Assembly (NCBI GenBank): GCA_000165425.1
Contig: CT867992.1
Coordinates: 1 to 64,000 of the forward strand
DNA length: 64,000 nt
DNA from: Paramecium tetraurelia
Lineage: Eukaryota
Reading direction: 5' to 3'
The translations under genes and the position numbers were made by a program. The notes beneath the pieces are model-generated. The model was not told the DNA's origin. It did no database searches and saw only the letters and a list, made by a program, of their open reading frames with translations. Positions 56,797 through 64,000 of this stretch are shown here, piece by piece (within the stretch, counting starts at the first letter, position 1; every line of letters starts with the position of its first letter).

Positions 56797-58508
56797 ATGC
56801 AAGCCATCCATTTTCAAAATATCTAGCATAATTTCACGTATCTTAAAAATTTGAGACTAAAAAATCAATTACTCATTTTGATTAGCTTTTAGATTATTTT
56901 CATCGTGACTTTCCTTGTTTGTAGCAACTACATCCACACAACCTTTATTTAGCTATTTTTTGCTGAGTCCTCTCAATAAATTTACCTCAAGACCTCGAAT
57001 TCAATGCTTAAAACATAATTAAATGAATATAATTCATACTTCACTTCGTTGTTTCATACTAGTAAATATATATATTTATAATTAGATGGGCAAACACTGA
57101 TTTCATTCTTCTAACTTTACACATATCTCAGAAATAAAACATAGACACATCTTGATTCTCTAAATCCTAAGTTTGACATGAATTACGGAGGTATCAATGC
57201 CAAAATACCTAAATCAATTTAATCAAAAAGAATTGGTGCTTACAACACCACCATCTCCTGTCTATGTTATACCAACACAACTAAATTTCATCAACCTTAT
57301 ACACACGAAGAACTAATTAACATTAAAACTCAGGAATCGATGTAAAGTTTCGGCATGGTTATTTTCCAGGGTAAAACCACATTGTAATCGTTTCTCTATG
57401 GATATGTAAAAAGAGATAACATTTTAATGACCTATCCATGTTTACAAAGACACGATATTGCTAATTATATTCCTGAAAATAGAACTTGGTATATAGAAGC
57501 CAAAAGAAATTTTTAAGCTCACAAAGTTTTTGATAAATACAATTTTTCGATAACTTATCCCTATTTACGTAACTAAAAATTAAAATTAATTTAGTATTTA
57601 AGTCAACAAGCGTAGGGTTATCTATGGCGATACCATTTGTCGATAGGAATCTCTCTTTTATTGGAACTGGTGCCTTTGATTTGATTCCATCCAGCTTATT
57701 AAAAGAAGTCACTTAATAATTTGGCAGAGATTTCACTTCTATATTTCTTGCATCATTAGATGGAATATTGATTATGCACCCTTTCAATATCACCTTTGAT
57801 AAAATACCACTTTATTTCTACAATCAATCTATAACTGGGTTTGGCTTAGAAGATTGGTAAGGCTTGTCCGATCCTTTATTCAAATCAAATTGCCAGAATT
57901 AAACAACAACCATGGATTTTAAGTGTCTATATAACTCATTTTATAATTAAGACATGTTCGTAAGTTAATAAATATTGCATGAATTTAATATGTCTGTCAT
58001 AGTGTAAGTTATCTATTTATATTTTAGATTGGTTAGCAGTTCAGAATTTAATAAGTTTTCTGATGAATTCAATTCTAATTTGATCTCAAAATTATAGATT
58101 ACATTCTCAAATTCAATAATTGAATAAGCAAGTCTGTTTGTATTCCTGTGTTTTCTAATTTACTTTATGATTTCATATTTGTTCTATCCAATAGAATTAA
58201 TCATAAATGCAGCCATGAATTAAATTCAAAAGAAAAAGTACCAAAACAAAAATTTGAATACAATATTATAATCCCTATTAAGCGTCTAGATTTTAGACCT
58301 CTATAGATCATGCTAACATTTTAATAAATTATTTGAGAGGCTCTCCTTCAATAAAAATGAATAGTGTTAAAAAATTGAAAATCTATAATATCCCTAACAG
58401 ATAGAAGAAATTAAATTGTGTTGTTTTGTAGATCATAAGAAATTTAGAAAGCTAGATGTATTATTTCTTGTTAAAAAAATAGTTTAAATTACGAAATCAG
58501 TCAAATGA
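56797..58508 (+). CDS. Two-TM membrane protein with extracellular dCache_1-type sensory domain
   Basis: N-terminal TM (QLLILISFQIIFIVTFLV), YIPENRTWYIEA...TYPY...IGTGAFD, FLASLDGILIMHP, second TM (LFVFLCFLIYFMISYLFYPI), short cytoplasmic tail. Three introns, frame open throughout. Confidence 0.82.
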
Positions 58509-58642
58509 CAATTTTAATTTAGTGAAATCGTTTATCAAATAAGCCTATTTTAAACTACGACTCAAGTGAATTTTGATTACTATAACTTTTTTTTTTTTCA
58601 TATAGTTATATCATAAAAATTGATAAATAATAAAAGTATTTT

Positions 58643-60209
58643 TCAAATCCTCACTGCTTTTCCAACTTAAGAATCTGCTCTTTAATGATGTAACAATTTG
58701 AGATGTAAATTTTTGAATGATTAATTTTGCAGCATTGGATTCTCAACTGGTATACCTTATCTTTAGGTTGATTCTCCTCTTTCCCCTTTATCCTTTTTAA
58801 AAGCTTTCACTTATTGTTTAAAAGTGCATGTATTAAATGATTTATCATTCACTAACTCGTCTAAGCCTAAACTTGGTGTTCTCTTTGCGCTAGTATTCCC
58901 AATATTATTCACATAATTTTTCAATCTATCAAAGGCATCTATAAAAATAGTTATAACTCTTACTTTATCCATTCTATGAATCCAAGTTAATTGTTACTTT
59001 TGGTGCTTCATATTTACCCAAACCTAATTTACCCATAAAATTTGATAATTCGTCCTTTCTTTTATAGGGCTTAACATTGTCTTTGACTTCAACCGTAAAA
59101 TTCATTGTTTGTTATACTTTAACATTGAGATAAGTATTTTCTTTCTTTGTCTTTTGGCCTGAAGTCCCGATAAATTATGAAGAAGGACTTGCTTATATAA
59201 AACCAAATCTGGCATTTGGAGATTTGCCATTAGATAATTTGACATTGACTTGTGGAACTTATGAATTGAGATAGGTTCCTCCATTTTTACCACTTCCATT
59301 CTCAGTCAAAACCTCTTAATTGAATTTATTTGGAGTATTAAATTATTATAACAAAGTATCAAATGTTTTAGTCTTTGATTTTTGAGTTTAATCATTACTA
59401 ACCTTAGTATTAGAAGTGTTATTTGTTGGGTTCGAAGGGAGTTCTTATTGATTATATCTTTCTTTGAAAGGAGTTCTTCGATTGAATAAATCAGTTAGAT
59501 CTTCTAATGTAGCTGCACTCTTAAATTAATCTAACAATTCCATGTAATTGTTTGCCACTACCGGATGATCTGGAATGACGACTTCTTCTTTTTATACAAC
59601 AATATCTGAGTTCTTTACTCTGAGTTCTTAATTCTATAAATAATCTAATTTTTTTTGGGATTAGATTTCTTGTTTCGAAGGGTGTTAATCTAAATTAATT
59701 GTATCAGCAAATTTCAAGCTAAAATCATATTTAAAAGAAACAGCAGTTTAATTGATTGGTTCTTATTTATAAAGAGTTTCATTGAGTTACATTAATTATT
59801 CTGGATCTTCTTCTAATTTTACCTCCTATTAAGTTTATTCATTCTATTAATCAGAAATTCCTTAAGAAACTTATTGTTATAAAGTGACATCTTGTGTTTC
59901 GATTGGTTTAATCTCTACTTTATTTAATACAACCTAGTCTTCTTAAGGATTTAAGTTTTGCTTATTACTAATTTCTATTTTATTAATGTTTGTTTCAATT
60001 TTTATTGATTATTGTGGTGCTTCAGTGTAGCCTGCTTGTACAGCCATAGCTTTGAATGCGTCAAACTTATTTTTATATTTATCAATTAAATCTTTTGATG
60101 ATCTTGCCCAAGTGTTGAGAACTTTGGATTCTTAAGGTTGTTCTTATTAAAGAGAGGAGTCTTAGACACTTTATTCTTGAATTTCAGACGATTACTAATT
60201 ATCGGACAT
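58643..60209 (-). CDS. Hypothetical low-complexity (Q/E/S/T-rich) protein
   Basis: MSDNQQSSEIQEQ...LNTWARSSKDLIDKYKNKFDAFK..., a 25-nt intron near 58940-58964, ends QVGKAVRI*. Confidence 0.72.
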
Positions 60210-60308
60210 TTTATTATTAAATTTATTTTCTTAATTTTACAATATACATTATGATCTATTTAGATAACAAAATAATATTAAATTCGGATTATATATATAT
60301 ATTAATAA

Positions 60309-61272
60309 ATGGAAATTTATCGTATTCCTGAAGACTTGAGATTCGTAAATCAGATTGGTCAAACTCTTAGTGCAGAAGAGAAGTATTGATTAATGTAATG
60401 AAGGATCAAGTTAGAAATAGCTTTGATAAAGTTAGGCGAAACTTAGACATTTGATTAATTGCTATTTTGGGGAAGAATCGAAGGAACAGTTGCCAATTAT
60501 TATATTGCCATTGGGTTGAATTTCAAGAATAATTTTGAATTCCCTCACAAAACATTCTTCTACACTGCAAATTTAAAGGAATTCTAAAATTTACCACCCC
60601 TCAATCCAGAATACAAAGATTAAGTTGAAACTTTCAGACAGTTATTTTCAGGATAACCTGAAAAAATACTCATTAATATCACAGGTGAAGATGGAGATCA
60701 ACCACCTGCTGATTAACCTAATCCAGATGAACCTCAACAAGTTCTAAAAAATGATGATGACTCCGATGTTGAAATAAAACCACCTCCCAAGAATTTCTTG
60801 GAAGTGGATAGATTAGCCTATGTGGTCAATGCGATTGAATTCGAATGTGCACTTCTCCCTGTTGGTGCAGTCAGATTGACTCCTACTCATGAATTAAGGT
60901 ACTTAATTAACTATCTTTTTCAGATATAATGATTCATTCGAAGGACTCAATCTCTAAGAAGCATCAAAAATATCCAATTATCAGCATTTCAGAGCACCTC
61001 AGAGTCCCAACAAAAAGGCATTGATTGCATAAGACGATGCCCTTTTTCATTATGACTTCTTTGATTAATTGGATGACCATCCTGTAGGATAATGGAGTTT
61101 ACAAACTGATTCCTCCAAATATCAAGTACTCATTTCATATAAATTTAAGGTCACTGTACGTAATCTCTAATGGCCAGGCTTCTTGGGTTATCATAGAGCA
61201 GGAACTAGAATTTTTGGATATGCCTATTTTGGTGATGGTATTAAGAATGTAGATTTGGCATTTCAACTATGA
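60309..61272 (+). CDS. RSPH9: Radial spoke head protein 9
   Basis: GQTLSAEERIKL, FWGRIEGTVANYYIA, EVDRLAYVV, LLPVGA, VRNLQWPG, YFGDGIKNVDLAF. Three introns. Confidence 0.9.
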
Positions 61273-61307
61273 TTAATAATAATAAATATCCATGCATTCA
61301 AAATAAT

Positions 61308-61673
61308 TCATAGTTTATATTACATAAATTGCAAAATCATTATAATTCTATTTTTATAATTTTCTATTTACTTTTGAATTACTTTCTCATTTATAATTCC
61401 TCCATTTGTTTTACTCATCTCTATAACTATGTAAATTTTGCAGAAATTTGATTCAATCATTTCATTTAACTCAATTAAATTTAATGTCAACCCTTTTAAT
61501 GATACTTCATCTTACTTTACTTCTTTCAATATTTATGTTGACATATATACTTTTAAACCACAATAAAAATAGTATTATTCTTTGAGATTTATTGCTCTTT
61601 TATCATTTTCTATTGATTTCTTTATTCTCAAGTCCAGTGTATTCAAAATATATTATAAAATATTAATTTTCAT
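61308..61673 (-). CDS. Short hypothetical ORF (121 aa)
   Basis: ATG-to-TGA open frame in code 6, no recognisable motif. Could be a chance ORF. Confidence 0.3.
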
Positions 61674-62330
61674 AAAAACTCCTAAAAATTGATAGAATTG
61701 AATTTCAAAATTTAATCATAAAAATAACAATCTCATAATTGATTTCAAATCTTTCAAATTAAGTATTTTTAATTATTACATAAATAAATGAGGAATTTCT
61801 AATAATTTGTTGAAGTAAAATACTTACATTAGACCAGAATAATTTTTAGATTTGGGAACTACTGGAGTTATAACGAAGTAACGCACTAATCCATTAATAA
61901 AAAGTATTAGAACTTAATATTATGGTTGTGATCTTAGAACGCAAATTATTTGATTGTATGATTTATGAAATTCTTGCTTTTATACTAAAATTATTATTTA
62001 TTGATTGAGTAATATGAATGAGTTTATCTATTTTAATTAATCAAGACAAAATTGGACATTCTATAAGAAGATAACTATATTAATTGTAAAGAAGCTTGCC
62101 TCTATGATCATTCTTTTGGTCGCGAATGGAAATTAATTATTGTTTTTTGGATGATCTTCTAGTGCCGACATATGATGATTCAAAATAGTATAAATGTAAG
62201 GTTATTAATTTTGACTTTTTTACTATTAGATTCCTTTTGATTTGAAACGATTTAATTTAGTTAATATTAATTAAAACTATTGTGACTTAATCCAATATAA
62301 GGAGAAATATTATATTATATTAATAAATAT

Positions 62331-63375
62331 ATGAGTAACCCCTTTTAGATTGTTCCATCTGATACTTTTTTGAATATACTTAACCAAAATAACTACTCGG
62401 TAGTGGATATGGATGAAGATTATAGAGCCGAATAGGATTGGATGTTTGAAAACGATTGCAATGTTATGGAAGAATAGATATTGCAATAGGAGCCTCTAAT
62501 GCCAGAACGATCAAAGGCATTAATTGGAGGAGAATTATTGCAGAAATATAAAAAAAATAAGGATGATGAACTCTTGAAAAAAAATAAAGAGGTTTTTCAA
62601 GCGAATCAATCTAAAAGCATTTACCTGAACAAAATTCAATAATTAATAGATAAACCCACAATGGTTGGCAAGCCAAAGCAAACGTAAATCTTATTTATTT
62701 GTAAAGTCGTTAAAAAGTGATTGTTGATAGTGACTCATCAGATGGAAAGAATAGATTGGCTAAGAACAGAGAATCTGCTCGAAATTCGAGGAAGAGGAAA
62801 AAGGTCTATATAGAATTATTGGAAATCAAGGTGAAGGAATTAACAGAGCAATTGCAATAATTAGAATATGTAGTTTAATAAAACAAAATTAAACATCTTT
62901 AAGTAGTTATTTACATATGATCTTAAAATTTAGCTTGAGAACTTTATCGAAGATTATCACAGATCAATTGCGCAACTAAATGACACAACATCTATTCAAT
63001 TGTTGCATGAGAACTTTGGTGCGACATCTCAGAGAAGATGGATGGTATGCACTGAACTCATTAATCTATTAATTGAGACAACTATCCCAATTGAAGTCAA
63101 GAAATTGATGGAGTCTGCGAAAAAGGGCACTGATATGTTCATTCAACCATTGCTTCAACATAATCCATGTTTAAATTATCGAGATTATTTTAAATAAGGG
63201 ACAATAGATTTAGAAATGTATTCATTTATTTAAATTGAGAGCAACAAAAAATTTTGGTTTGGCTTATGATAAAATAAGAGAGCAAGTTTTTGCTTTGGAG
63301 AGGTTTAAATAAGATATCATTTAAAAATTAGGAGCACATTCTTATATCGAGTACTTAAATTCATAACAATTGTGA
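62331..63375 (+). CDS. bZIP transcription factor
   Basis: NRLAKNRESARNSRKRKKVYIELLEIKVKELTEQLQQLE. Three introns, the last with a GAG acceptor. Confidence 0.9.
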
Positions 63376-63456
63376 ATTAAATATATTTATAACAAACACA
63401 TTTATAGTACTAATGCAAATTGAAATGTAATTTATAAATGATATTAATTTTAAATT

Positions 63457-64000
63457 ATGATTAATCGAACAATTTAATTTGTGAAAGAAACTCTTTGTCA
63501 TGCTGAAAGTGGACACGATTACTTCCATATTGAGAGAGTTCTCAAAATGGCCACTCGCATAGCTAATGAGGAGAGCAAACATAAGCAAGTTAATTTGAAT
63601 TTGGTTCAATTGGGAGCTCTATTACATGACATAGCAGATCATAAATTCCATGGTGGAGACGATACTATCGGACCTAAAGTAGCTAGGCAATTCTTAGAAA
63701 AGGACGGAGAAGCCCATGAGGACTTGATTAAACAAGTAGAAGATATCATCAAGGAAATATCCTTCAAAGGCGCCAAAGTGAAAGACCAGATGTCAACCTT
63801 TGAAGGACAAATAGTTTAGGATGCTGATAGATTGGATGCTCTTGGAGCCATTGGTATAGCCAGATGCTTCACTTATGGTGGATACAAAAATAGATAATTG
63901 TATAATCCAGATTAGAAGCCTTAATTACATGACAACTTCTAGGATTACAAGAAAAATGAGTCAACTACTATCAACCATTTCTATGAAAAGCTATTGTTAT
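63457..64000 (+). CDS. HD-domain phosphohydrolase (YpgQ/YedJ-like), runs off the window end
   Basis: [62 protein letters not shown]. TAG read as Gln inside VQDAD. Confidence 0.93.

Noticed and set aside
61780..62240. Coding-like fragments upstream of the bZIP gene
   Set aside because: Multiple TGAs in all frames examined and no identifiable family.

Overview
AT-rich, gene-dense eukaryotic DNA that reads as a ciliate (Paramecium-type) macronuclear scaffold. TAA/TAG encode Gln, TGA is the only stop, and introns are tiny GT-AG (about 20-31 nt), so the supplied standard-code ORF track is mostly misleading. I re-translated by eye with genetic code 6 and found about 35 genes or gene relics. The left end (1-6.7 kb) is a cluster of decayed multigene-family members, including a large cysteine-rich membrane protein. 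It is followed by NAAA/acid ceramidase, a WD40 protein, a Rab pseudogene, START, cyclin, an OGFr-like protein, CFAP77, three Myb-type factors, Polo kinase, two TM-RING ligases, a NEK, SPEF2, a ULK-like kinase, two trichocyst-matrix-like genes, eIF2A, a non-RD kinase, PTEN, a TTLL, RNase H2B, U2AF1, a TM-dCache-TM receptor-like protein, RSPH9, a bZIP and a bacterial-type HD hydrolase that runs off the right end. There are two 150-N assembly gaps. I saw no rRNA, tRNA, CRISPR array, telomeric repeat or transposase. The best leads are the chemoreceptor-like dCache protein with an amino-acid-binding motif and no output domain, U2AF1 with Gln at the S34 position, the HD hydrolase (HGT candidate), the acylated OGFr-like protein and start codons only 23 nt apart. 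All family calls come from motif recognition, not database searches.
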